Notes under the pieces: model-generated
Seen by the model: only the letters and a program-made list of their open reading frames with translations
Database searches by the model: none
Told to the model about the DNA's origin: nothing
Program-made: the position numbers and the translations under genes
NCBI GenBank assembly: GCA_035279875.1
Contig: DATEGX010000409.1
Coordinates: forward strand, 1-44,909
Length of the DNA stretch: 44,909 nt
From: Candidatus Binataceae bacterium
Lineage (GTDB): Bacteria > Desulfobacterota > Binatia > Binatales > Binataceae
Direction of reading: 5' to 3'
Shown: positions 37,199 to 44,909 of the stretch, one piece after another
Layout: the number at the start of each line of letters is the position of its first letter
How positions within the stretch are numbered: the stretch's first letter is position 1

Positions 37199-38656
37199 GT
37201 GGGTCTTTTTCGAATGCGTTGCCTGAATCGCACTTCGGCAGCCCAGCCCGGGCTGGAGGTGCAAAAGCGTGCCACGGGCTATCGCGATCGCGAGGGCTGG
37301 CCTGTTCTGCTCGCCATCGCGCTGGTCGCGGTGATTCTCAGACTGGGGCTGATATTTTCAGGCAGTACGGAAAGGGCCTTCGATCCGAGCGGAGACTCTG
37401 CCGCGTACGTCGAACTTGCGCAGGGCCTTCGTCACGGCTGCGGCTTCGCGAGACTCAGGAATGGAAGCTGCACCGGCGCCGAAGTGGACCGAACCCCCGG
37501 CTACCCCTTGTTCATCGCGGCGTTCCCGAATTTGCGCTCCGTCTTGATCGCCCAGGCTATCGTGGGCGCTGTGATAGTTCTCGTGGTCGGCTGGTTCGTC
37601 ATGGTCAATTGGGGAGTTGCGGCCGCGATAGTGTCATCGACGCTCGTCGCACTGGATATTCCGAGTATCGTTTACTCGGCCGAACTGATGACCGAGACGA
37701 TATTCACGTCGTGCTTCGTGCTCGGGACCATAATCGCATTGTACGCTCTCAATGGCGCGCGCCGTGAAGCGATGTCGCGGCCGCTTCTGATTCTGTTCGC
37801 CGCTGCGCTTTTCGGCTTCGGGATCCTGACCCGCCCGATCGGCGAATTTGTCCTGCCGGTTGCGGCTGTCCTGGTGCTCATTGTCGGCTCGCGTCCATTG
37901 CGGCAGAAAATTGCTCTTCAACTCCTGCTGCTTTCGCTTCCACTGGTCGTGATAGCGGGATGGGCCGCGCGCAATGACCGGGTGGCTGGAGTAGCCGCGC
38001 CGTCGAGCGTCGGTGCCGTCAATCTTTTCTACTATCGCGGTGGTGGTACGCTGGCGTTCTTGTCGGGAGGTAAATGGTTCGGAGCCTTGAAGCAAATCGG
38101 CTCGCGTCCGCAAAATGAGTTAACCGGCAGTGCGTTCTCGATAATCGAGCATCATCCGGTCGCTTTCGCCGAAATGACAGCCTGGAGCCTGCTCTTCGTT
38201 TCTTTGGCTCCGCTACGTACTCCGCTGAGTCACATCCTCGGGATACAAAGCTCATTTCCCATTGAAGACCCCGGCTCGATGCGCTTGCGCGAGGCGCTCT
38301 CGGGCATTTGGGCATCACCCCGCGCTGCCTTCACCGCCATATACCGGACCGAATTCAACTCGTCACCGACAATGGCGATGCTGACTATCCTGCAGATCGC
38401 GTTGGTGGTTGTTCTATGGGTCGGGGTCGCCGCCAGCTTGAGGCTGGTTTCGACGCGTTCCTACCAGGGCGCGTGTCTCCTGATCTTTGCCGGCACTGCG
38501 TTCGTGCTTCTGCTGCTCGCGGCAGGGCCCGAAGGTACCGCGCGTCTGCGGATTCCGGCGCAGCCATTCCTGGCTGCACTGTCCGGCATCGGATGGGTAA
38601 GCATCGGGCAGGCGATTCTACCTGCGCACTGGGTAGTAGCACCGAGACGCTTCTAG
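37199..38656 (+). CDS. GT39/PMT_2 (ArnT-like) lipid-carrier-dependent membrane glycosyltransferase
   Basis: 485 aa with more than 10 TM helices. The first-loop signature is DPSGDSAAYVELAQGLRHGCGF....DRTPGYPLFIAAF. The ATG at 37214 is an alternative start. Confidence 0.7.
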   Translation: MGLFRMRCLNRTSAAQPGLEVQKRATGYRDREGWPVLLAIALVAVILRLGLIFSGSTERAFDPSGDSAAYVELAQGLRHGCGFARLRNGSCTGAEVDRTPGYPLFIAAFPNLRSVLIAQAIVGAVIVLVVGWFVMVNWGVAAAIVSSTLVALDIPSIVYSAELMTETIFTSCFVLGTIIALYALNGARREAMSRPLLILFAAALFGFGILTRPIGEFVLPVAAVLVLIVGSRPLRQKIALQLLLLSLPLVVIAGWAARNDRVAGVAAPSSVGAVNLFYYRGGGTLAFLSGGKWFGALKQIGSRPQNELTGSAFSIIEHHPVAFAEMTAWSLLFVSLAPLRTPLSHILGIQSSFPIEDPGSMRLREALSGIWASPRAAFTAIYRTEFNSSPTMAMLTILQIALVVVLWVGVAASLRLVSTRSYQGACLLIFAGTAFVLLLLAAGPEGTARLRIPAQPFLAALSGIGWVSIGQAILPAHWVVAPRRF

Positions 38657-40059
38657 TTCGCGCTATTTTTTTGCGGATGGAGCAGCGTATCGCCGTCCTG
38701 CGGATCTGGCGCGCCGAATTTGCTCCGCAGCCACCGCTCGCTGATCTGCAGACCCCGGTCAATCAGCGGCCCAAGCCCTTCCGCAAGCTGCGCGAGGTCT
38801 TCGATCTGCGTGAAATCCATGCGAATTTTCGGATAACGTCGCCGCGGCCCGCGATTCAGGTCGATTACCGGCTTGACCAGGTCGCGATTGAGGGTCGCGC
38901 AGACCCGGCGCGCGTCGTCGGTCGCGATATCGCGCCGCACTACGTCGTGCACTTCGGCGGCCGCCCGTGAACCGCCGCCATGTGGCAGTTGAGTAGTCAA
39001 TTCCTGGCCGAGCACTCCAATAGTCACTTGACGGTCGATATAGCCGCAGAGTTTTTCGTAGAGATCGGCGGAGGCGGAGCTCTGCTGATTGCCGACGAAC
39101 TCGACCGCCATCGACTCCGGAATAATCGCCGCTGCGTCGGTGCCGATGTTGGTCACCGCGCGCAGCAGCGCCGCCTTGTCGTTCTCGGTCGCCCCCGGGC
39201 CATAGCGGCCAAGCCTGAGCGGCTGGCCGTAGACCTCGGCAAAGACTACCCAATCCTTGAGTACGTAGTTCTTGAATAGATAGGACCAGATCGCAATTCG
39301 CGCGAGTCCGCCGCGAATCGGCAGGCCCGCCTTGGCGCGAGTGATGTGAGTTAGAAACTTGAAGGGCGCCAGAGGTTGCGTGGCGGGTTGGATTCCGACC
39401 TCGTGTGCGCCATCGGCACGAATTCTCAGGTTCATGGGTGATAAGCGCGAGTCCCACGAATCCGGGCCGACCGGGATTTGCGGGCCATCGGTGCGCAGCG
39501 TCCGCACCAGGATTTCCTCGCCGGATATCCAGTCGAACATGAACCATCGCGGATCGCGCCACTTGAGCTGCGCCGGTATCCATTCGGGCCGCCCGCTGAT
39601 CAGATTGCGGCCGTTGGTGTCCCATACGATCTCGGTGCAGCTGAAGCCCTTGCCCAGCGAGTCGAGCATCTCGAATATGACGTCATGCAGGTCGACCGGC
39701 CCGTCGATCAGCAACGCGCGCACGTAATCGGCGTCGGCCAGGGCCTCGGCATCCTCGCCGGCGGCCTGCACACCGATCTCGAGCTGCGACACCGCCATCT
39801 TTCGAGTGTGCAAGACTCCCTGATAGAGCAGGTCTTTCTCCTCGATCCGCTCCGCCAATTCCAGGAAGAGCCAGGGATCGCCGAATTCGGCCGTGCGCAG
39901 AATACCGGAGATCTTCTCGGGCGTCAGTCCGATCGAATCGTCGATCACCGAATAGATGTTGCGGATTCCGGCAAGAGTCGGCGCCGCTTGCTCTTCCGTC
40001 AGGGCTTCCAGGACGATCGGACGGCCGTATGCGTCAAGGAGCTGGGATTCTCGGGTCAT
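38653..40059 (-). CDS. Phage portal protein, Mu gp29-like (DUF935)
   Basis: It shows a strong recalled match to Mu gp29. Compare IWSYLFKNYVLKDWVVFAEVYGQPLRLGRYGPGATENDKAALLRAVTNIGTDAAAIIP with Mu IWPFIFKNYSVRDFAEFLEIYGLPMRVGKYPTGSTNREKATLMQAVMDIGRRAGGIIP. GSRAAAEVHDVVRRDI also matches. The ATG at 40059 (MTRESQLL) is preferred over the track start at 40122. Confidence 0.85.
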   Translation of the reverse strand: MTRESQLLDAYGRPIVLEALTEEQAAPTLAGIRNIYSVIDDSIGLTPEKISGILRTAEFGDPWLFLELAERIEEKDLLYQGVLHTRKMAVSQLEIGVQAAGEDAEALADADYVRALLIDGPVDLHDVIFEMLDSLGKGFSCTEIVWDTNGRNLISGRPEWIPAQLKWRDPRWFMFDWISGEEILVRTLRTDGPQIPVGPDSWDSRLSPMNLRIRADGAHEVGIQPATQPLAPFKFLTHITRAKAGLPIRGGLARIAIWSYLFKNYVLKDWVVFAEVYGQPLRLGRYGPGATENDKAALLRAVTNIGTDAAAIIPESMAVEFVGNQQSSASADLYEKLCGYIDRQVTIGVLGQELTTQLPHGGGSRAAAEVHDVVRRDIATDDARRVCATLNRDLVKPVIDLNRGPRRRYPKIRMDFTQIEDLAQLAEGLGPLIDRGLQISERWLRSKFGAPDPQDGDTLLHPQKNSAN

Positions 40060-40225
40060 ACTCGGCCCCCGGGTTTGGAATGGCACGCCAGTGGAGCGCC
40101 GTTCGCCGCGTGCAGCGGGCAAACGCGTCTGCCCTCAGGCGAACGGAGTGAGCCGAGCAAACGAGTCTGCGAGTTGCGCTCAGCAAAAGGTGCGCACAGC
40201 GGCGCGGCGGCGCCGCGATTATCGA

Positions 40226-43200
40226 TTAGTATGCGCATATCCACGAGCCGTTGAGACCGTCCGCGAATGCCCCGCTCCTCGCGCCGCTATGCGTGCACGC
40301 CACCGGCGGATTGGTCGGCGGATCGCAGTCGCTGCAGAAGATTCGCGCGCCGTTGACCGGCGTCGTTGGCAGATTTGCGAAGGTTACGCCGGTGCTGAGC
40401 AGGACGCCGCCCGAGACGTCACCGGTGGTGTTGCGGAGTGGCGCAACGTAGGCGCTGGTGGACTGGCCGACGTCGTCGAACGCGGTCGGCGCCGCCGCGA
40501 GATTGGTCGCCAGCGAAGTGCTGATATTGCCCTTCAGCAAATCCCAACTATAGCAGCCGGTTTCGCCCGTCCAGGCGATATGGATATGGTTGCTGCTGTT
40601 GAGCGTCGCGGGGCCGTTGGTCACCGTGTTCGAGCCGGTTGAATAGAGTGTGCTGCCGCCGTTGTCGTCGTGGCAAACCACGTAGTAGGGGCCATAGCTG
40701 GTCGACCCGGTGGTTCCCACCACCGAGATCGCCGGTGCGGCGGGATTCGCCAGGTAATTGACCTGGAGATGCGTCATGCCCTGCAACAGCGTCGGCGGCT
40801 GCCCGAGCGACAGATAGCTGGCGGTGACGCTCTGCAGGTTGGTGGTCGTGGTGCCGCCGACCGTCTCGACGTGCGGATTGCCCGATTCGTTGGAGAGCGG
40901 GACGCCGGCCGGCACCGTTACATTCACCAGCGTATCGGGCGCGGCCGGATCGCTGAGCAAATCGACGACCTCGGCGGCTGCCATGTTCTGGGCGAAGGTT
41001 TGGAAGGCCGTGCCGGTGAAGACCATCGGCGGCCCGCCGGCGGCGTCCTGAATCACGAAGGGCGCGCCGTTGTAAGTGTTGAACTCGCCGCCGACAAACG
41101 TGTCCGGCGCATCGTTGCCGGCGCTGTTGTCATAGATTGCCGCGACCCACGGCGGGTCGCCGCCCTCGTTGTCGATGAAGGACGAGGTCCAGACCCCCTG
41201 GGTGCCCTTGATAATCCAGCCATAGCCCATCGCGCCGAAGGTCGAGCATTTCTCACCGTGCGCATCGACCCCGTCTTGAGCGCCGATATAGTCGAAGCAA
41301 ACCAGGGATGAGTTGGCGTGCAGATTGTTCGTGATCGGATGGTTAGTCGCGCCGCCAAACTCAAAACCAACCGTCGCCCCGTTCTCGTCGAGATTGTCGA
41401 AGCGGTCTTCCCAGTCGTTATTGTAGAAGTTGAACGCGGTGCCGCCGACGCCGAAGCTGTAGAGGTTGCGCCAGAGCGATTGCGGCGTCCAAATCGCGAG
41501 CAGGCCCTGACAATCCGCGCTGTTCACGCAAATGTCGAAGTCATGAACATTCAGGCCGTTGATGTGGTTTTCGTTCGAGCCGCGGATTCCCAGCCAGATC
41601 GGCACACCGCTCGAGCGCTCGGCGTATTGCGCGAACGCGCCCGAGGCGTTTTCGATACAGTACTGCGAACCGTCGGCGCATCCGCGAAAAGTGATTAGCA
41701 AGTCAGTATGGTTGTCGTCGGTAAATTTCGACGAGGGGGCGCCGGGGCAGGCGTTGCCATTGGCCGCATAACGCGATTCGTTGGAAAAGCGGATGTTGTC
41801 GATCGTCGCCGGCATGTTGAAGGGCGCCGAGTTGGGCTGGTCGGGAAAGGACATCCCGTTGCCAGCGACGTCGGGCAGAGCGATCGCGCCGTAGGGCGAC
41901 TGCACCAGCGTGCCCGATTGCGAGTTGCTGCCCTTGAGGCTGCCGTTCTGGCAGATGCGCGTCGTGGTGCCGTCGTAATCCAGGTCGAAGCTTTGCGTCG
42001 AGCCCGCGGGCAGGCTGCTGGCCGAGGCGTTAACCTGGACGATACCGGAGTTGGTGGTGTCGAGCAGGAAGACCAGATGGCCGCTGGTGCCGGAATCGTA
42101 GAAGTACTCCGCGTCGAACACGTCGCGCGCCAGGTTCGCGTAAGGCTGGGGCAGAATCGAGCGGAGTATCGGGAAGTTGCCGCCCACCGTGTTTTGCACG
42201 TTGATCGTGAACTCGAGCGAAAATGCGCTGTGGCCGTTGAGCTTGCCGCGCAGGTAATCCGAAAGCATCGCGAAACCACAGGTATTCCCCGAGCATCCGT
42301 TGAGCTTGAGCGCATTGCCGGGACCGCTCAGCAGCGACGATACCAACTGAAGCTGATTGCCGAGACCGTTGGTGCCGGTCGGTACAGAGCCGGCGATCAG
42401 GCTGTTGCCATTGAATACGGTGCTGAGCGCGCTGGTGGTGCGGCCGGCACCATAGAACTCCAGGTTGCCGCATGGAATCACGATCGGCTTGCATAGCGCG
42501 TAGGAATTGTCCGGGGTAGGGGGGAGGTAGACCGAGCGGATCGTATTGTTGATGAAGTTGGAGTTGTCCCGGCACACCAGGTTTACCGCAGCCTGAATCG
42601 CGGCGTCGTCGCAAGTCGCGCCGTCGCCCATCGCGCCAAAGGCCTTGACGTTCTCGACCCCTCCAATCGAGTAGTTACTGATCTTGTTCGAACCGTCACC
42701 GGCCGTTCCCGTCATCGAATGCGGTCCCACATCGCTACCGATGGTGGCGGCGAGTTGCGAGGTTGGCGCGCCCTCGATCAGCACCTCCGAGGCAGCTATC
42801 CCGCTGGCGCTATTGGTCAAGGTCAATGGCACCGCGATCCCGCTCGCAGTAGTTAGCGGAATCGTGAAACCGTTGGATCCCCAGCTTGTGAACTGTACGT
42901 TGTTCCACGCCCAACGAATTCCCGCCACGCCGGCGCCAAGGCCGGTCCCTATGCCGTTACCCGTGCTCGCCGCGACGAGCGCGAGTTCGCCGCCGCTGGT
43001 GGCGGGCGTCAGCGGACTGATCGTAAAACTGGAACCGCTCGTACTGCCGTTTACGCTGGTATCGATCGGCGTGGCAGGGTTGACGTGGCCGAGCAAAACG
43101 ATTTCCCCCGACATGTAAACGCTGGCCGAGGACGTCCACGCATAGCTCGCCGGCTCACTCCCGACGACTTTGTAGTCGACGCGATGGCAATTGGTGCCCT

Positions 43201-43954
43201 GGCAGGCCGTTGCGCCGCTGATATTTGTCCAGCCCGAGGGCATCGTGAACGAAGGGCTGCCCTGATAGGAAATAACCGCGAGTTCGATCTGATTCGTTCC
43301 GGTCAGGCCGGATGGCGCCGAAATAGTTAGGGTCGTGCCGGTGAGGGCAGGGGCGGACTGCACGGAAAGGACCGAAGGTATCGTCACGGAAGTCAGTTGG
43401 CCGCCGGCCTGCCCATGAACCAACGGCTGCCCTGCGGCGGCGCTGGGCGGGAGCCCGGTCAAGGTGTGATTCGCCATCGCGAAGTTCGCGCTCGGCGATG
43501 CCAGTGAGTTCAGCGAGCTTTGACCGCGCGATAGGGCATCGCCGTTAACGCTGTCAGCGGCGAGATTGGTGGCCCGCTGGGTGTTGAAGCTGACCGGTCC
43601 GGTTGGCGCAGGCAAGGCGTTCATCGAGGCGGCGCCCGGCGCGCAGCTCCACTGTCCGTTCTCGCCGAAGGCGAAGGCTCCGTTTCCGCCACCCGCACAC
43701 GTCACTGACTTCTGGCAATCGCGGCACCAGTAGAGCGCACCGTCGTGTTCAGCCGGCAGCGCCGAGAAACTAAGCGGCACCAGCGTCGGCGAGATAGGTT
43801 CGCTGCCGGAAAGCCGCGCGTTGACAGCCGAGCGAAACTGGCCGCCGGCGCCGGTGCCGATAAAGTTGGGGATTTGTTGATACTGCGCAAGGGCCGGGAC
43901 CGCGCGAAAGCCCGCCACGATCAGCGCAGCTGCTACCACCCACTTCAACCGCAT
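40226..43954 (-). CDS. 1242-aa exported tailspike/polysaccharide-depolymerase-like protein (pectate-lyase-3-type beta-helix plus LamG-like domain) with terminal Cys-rich modules
   Basis: The Sec signal is MRLKWVVAAALIVAGFRAVPALA|QY. The sequence NVKAFGAMGDGATCDDAAIQAAVN (aa 434-458) is the hallmark N-cap of the Pectate_lyase_3/tailspike beta-helix. A LamG/ConA-like stretch spans about aa 545-700 (HSAFSLEFTINV...GHLVFLLD...). Composition is Gly/Ser/Thr/Asn-rich throughout. Confidence 0.7.
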   Translation of the reverse strand: MRLKWVVAAALIVAGFRAVPALAQYQQIPNFIGTGAGGQFRSAVNARLSGSEPISPTLVPLSFSALPAEHDGALYWCRDCQKSVTCAGGGNGAFAFGENGQWSCAPGAASMNALPAPTGPVSFNTQRATNLAADSVNGDALSRGQSSLNSLASPSANFAMANHTLTGLPPSAAAGQPLVHGQAGGQLTSVTIPSVLSVQSAPALTGTTLTISAPSGLTGTNQIELAVISYQGSPSFTMPSGWTNISGATACQGTNCHRVDYKVVGSEPASYAWTSSASVYMSGEIVLLGHVNPATPIDTSVNGSTSGSSFTISPLTPATSGGELALVAASTGNGIGTGLGAGVAGIRWAWNNVQFTSWGSNGFTIPLTTASGIAVPLTLTNSASGIAASEVLIEGAPTSQLAATIGSDVGPHSMTGTAGDGSNKISNYSIGGVENVKAFGAMGDGATCDDAAIQAAVNLVCRDNSNFINNTIRSVYLPPTPDNSYALCKPIVIPCGNLEFYGAGRTTSALSTVFNGNSLIAGSVPTGTNGLGNQLQLVSSLLSGPGNALKLNGCSGNTCGFAMLSDYLRGKLNGHSAFSLEFTINVQNTVGGNFPILRSILPQPYANLARDVFDAEYFYDSGTSGHLVFLLDTTNSGIVQVNASASSLPAGSTQSFDLDYDGTTTRICQNGSLKGSNSQSGTLVQSPYGAIALPDVAGNGMSFPDQPNSAPFNMPATIDNIRFSNESRYAANGNACPGAPSSKFTDDNHTDLLITFRGCADGSQYCIENASGAFAQYAERSSGVPIWLGIRGSNENHINGLNVHDFDICVNSADCQGLLAIWTPQSLWRNLYSFGVGGTAFNFYNNDWEDRFDNLDENGATVGFEFGGATNHPITNNLHANSSLVCFDYIGAQDGVDAHGEKCSTFGAMGYGWIIKGTQGVWTSSFIDNEGGDPPWVAAIYDNSAGNDAPDTFVGGEFNTYNGAPFVIQDAAGGPPMVFTGTAFQTFAQNMAAAEVVDLLSDPAAPDTLVNVTVPAGVPLSNESGNPHVETVGGTTTTNLQSVTASYLSLGQPPTLLQGMTHLQVNYLANPAAPAISVVGTTGSTSYGPYYVVCHDDNGGSTLYSTGSNTVTNGPATLNSSNHIHIAWTGETGCYSWDLLKGNISTSLATNLAAAPTAFDDVGQSTSAYVAPLRNTTGDVSGGVLLSTGVTFANLPTTPVNGARIFCSDCDPPTNPPVACTHSGARSGAFADGLNGSWICAY

Positions 43955-44077
43955 ATTGGAACCTTTCTGGTCGTCATCGTTTGATCACTTGTCATGCCCA
44001 TTTGCGATGGCGCAGCTTCGGCAGCCTTTTTGCTCATTACTCATATGCTAACTCGGACTTCGGTACGTGAAGATGCA

Positions 44078-44662
44078 TCAATAGCCAATTGCCAGCCAGT
44101 AAAATCCTGGCATGTTCTTGTTTCCTGCGGTGCCCCCGATGTAATCGACGAAGAAAATGCCGCTGTTCCGACTGAAGGAAACGACTTCAATCTGCGCCTG
44201 GCCGTAACCCGAATTCGAAGCCGGATTGGCCGCGGTTGCGCCGGCCCAAAGGCAGGCGTTGCTGAAAGCGGTTGGCCACGCAATCGCATAGGGCGTATCC
44301 GAGGTCAAATCGCTGCCGATACTATACTGGCCCCACTGCACAGTTACCGCGATCAGGCCGCGCACGGTATCCTGGCACCCAATTCTGATGAAGCCGTTGG
44401 GCCCAACCGTGCCGGCAAAGGCCGCCGCGAACGCCTGTAGCGAAGCTATATTCTCTTCGTCGACTACCTGCTTGCCGTGAGTGAACTGGATTTTGTTGAG
44501 TAATAGCTGATGCGGTTGATTGTCGACGCCGAGCCCGCTGAAACTTGCACCGGCCGCCGCACCCTCCTGCGCATCAGTCTGAGCAATCTCGTAAACGTCA
44601 CCGTCTGTCCAGAGATAGCCGGAGTTAGCCGTTAAATAGATGGTACCGGTTGGATTACTCAT
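44078..44662 (-). CDS. Phage tail-fibre protein (short; gp53-like C-terminal domain)
   Basis: 194 aa. The N-terminal tail-fibre signature is YEIAQTDAQEGAAAGASFSGLGVDNQPHQLLLNKIQF. The C-terminal ending ...GFYWLAIGY is typical of the gp53-like tail-fibre tip. GC content is visibly lower than in the rest of the window. Confidence 0.6.
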   Translation of the reverse strand: MSNPTGTIYLTANSGYLWTDGDVYEIAQTDAQEGAAAGASFSGLGVDNQPHQLLLNKIQFTHGKQVVDEENIASLQAFAAAFAGTVGPNGFIRIGCQDTVRGLIAVTVQWGQYSIGSDLTSDTPYAIAWPTAFSNACLWAGATAANPASNSGYGQAQIEVVSFSRNSGIFFVDYIGGTAGNKNMPGFYWLAIGY

Positions 44663-44785
44663 TATGCTAGCTGAGCCTCATGGCAAAAACGCGGCTGCCT
44701 GGAAGCGACAAGCTCGGTGCGCGCCTTTTATGTTTCACGGCCGCGCGAGAGAATCAGTTCATTGAAACCGTCCATGAATCGATCA

Positions 44786-44908
44786 TCACATCGAGATCGT
44801 CCAGGTACCGGAATAATTGCCTCCCCCACTGTACGGAAAAGCGGGAACGGTGACATGGGCGATCATCGGGGTCGGCGCTGTGTGTAAGGCCACCAGAGTC
44901 CAGGTAAC
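44786..44908 (-). CDS. 3' end of an unidentified gene (5' part beyond the window), possibly another tail/baseplate component
   Basis: Manual translation gives ...VTWTLVALHTAPTPMIAHVTVPAFPYSGGGNYSGTWTISM*. A second frame is also open here, so the frame choice is tentative. Confidence 0.3.
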   Translation of the reverse strand, partial: VTWTLVALHTAPTPMIAHVTVPAFPYSGGGNYSGTWTISM

Positions 44909-44909
44909 A

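Larger units (their letters stand above)
38653..44909. mobile_element. Phage-derived module (prophage remnant or mosaic): portal, tailspike-like protein, tail fibre and a partial gene. The right boundary is beyond the window.
   Basis: There are three recognisable phage structural gene types in non-canonical order. No terminase, capsid, sheath/tube or integrase is visible. The tail-fibre end has low GC. Confidence 0.5.

Noticed and set aside
40060-40225. 62-aa ORF (40056-40244, minus strand) and a GC hairpin GCGGCGC-CGCC-GCGCCGC between the giant gene and the portal
   Set aside because: The small ORF overlaps both neighbours' ends and has no coding signature. The hairpin has only a weak downstream U-tract, so it is at best a weak terminator. 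It is not reported as a feature.
40226-44662. Diversity-generating retroelement or invertible tail-fibre switch acting on the receptor-binding genes
   Set aside because: There is no reverse transcriptase or invertase gene, and no template/variable repeat pair or inverted crossover sites that I could spot. The two Cys-rich modules are diverged at the DNA level.
1-44909. CRISPR arrays, tRNA/rRNA genes, IS elements, integrases, and toxin-antitoxin or known defence genes
   Set aside because: Reading the intergenic regions showed no regularly spaced direct repeats, no cloverleaf-compatible 70-90-nt segments, and no transposase, recombinase, nuclease or helicase-type ORFs. I cannot exclude small ncRNAs without covariance-model scans.

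Overview
This is a 44.9-kb GC-rich (about 60-65% by eye) bacterial chromosomal segment. It is probably from a diderm, because it encodes porin-like, AsmA-like and lipobox proteins. I count about 38 protein-coding genes in five strand blocks. I found no rRNA, tRNA, CRISPR array, transposase or integrase. All family calls come from reading motifs in the translated ORFs; no searches were run.

Block 1 (1-17352, all minus strand) is a long co-directional run. It begins with a tightly coupled operon: KAS II (fabF-like), KAS III (fabH-like), alpha/beta hydrolase, LLM flavin monooxygenase, EntE/DhbE-type aryl-acid adenylating enzyme, 96-aa zinc-ribbon miniprotein, stand-alone PaaA-like diiron protein, ArsA-like NTPase with an altered P-loop, and a fused B12-dependent acyl-CoA mutase. 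An envelope module follows (small Cys-containing secreted protein, GT-C-like polytopic membrane protein, Vgb-type beta-propeller lipoprotein). Then come an SDR, a DUF72 protein, a GST and a truncated porin-like gene.

Block 2 (17508-32245, plus strand) is housekeeping: tkt, a transaldolase/Pgi fusion, pgl, a DUF2939-like protein, typA, an AsmA-like protein, a DUF2064 protein, cutA, hisC and pth.

Block 3 (32258-36951, minus strand) is an incomplete aromatic-catabolic set: D-aminoacylase-type amidohydrolase, Rieske dioxygenase alpha and beta subunits, and an extradiol dioxygenase.

Block 4 (37199 to the window end) holds a GT39/ArnT-like membrane glycosyltransferase facing a phage-derived module. 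That module contains an orphan but intact Mu gp29-type portal gene, a 1242-aa Sec-signal-bearing tailspike/depolymerase-like protein with the same Cys-rich motif at both termini, a low-GC tail-fibre gene, and one more partial gene.

The best novelty candidates are (a) the carrier-protein-less KAS/aryl-adenylase/diiron/ArsA-like/mutase operon and (b) the exported tailspike-like giant protein next to an orphan portal. Both are hypotheses that need homology and neighbourhood searches.
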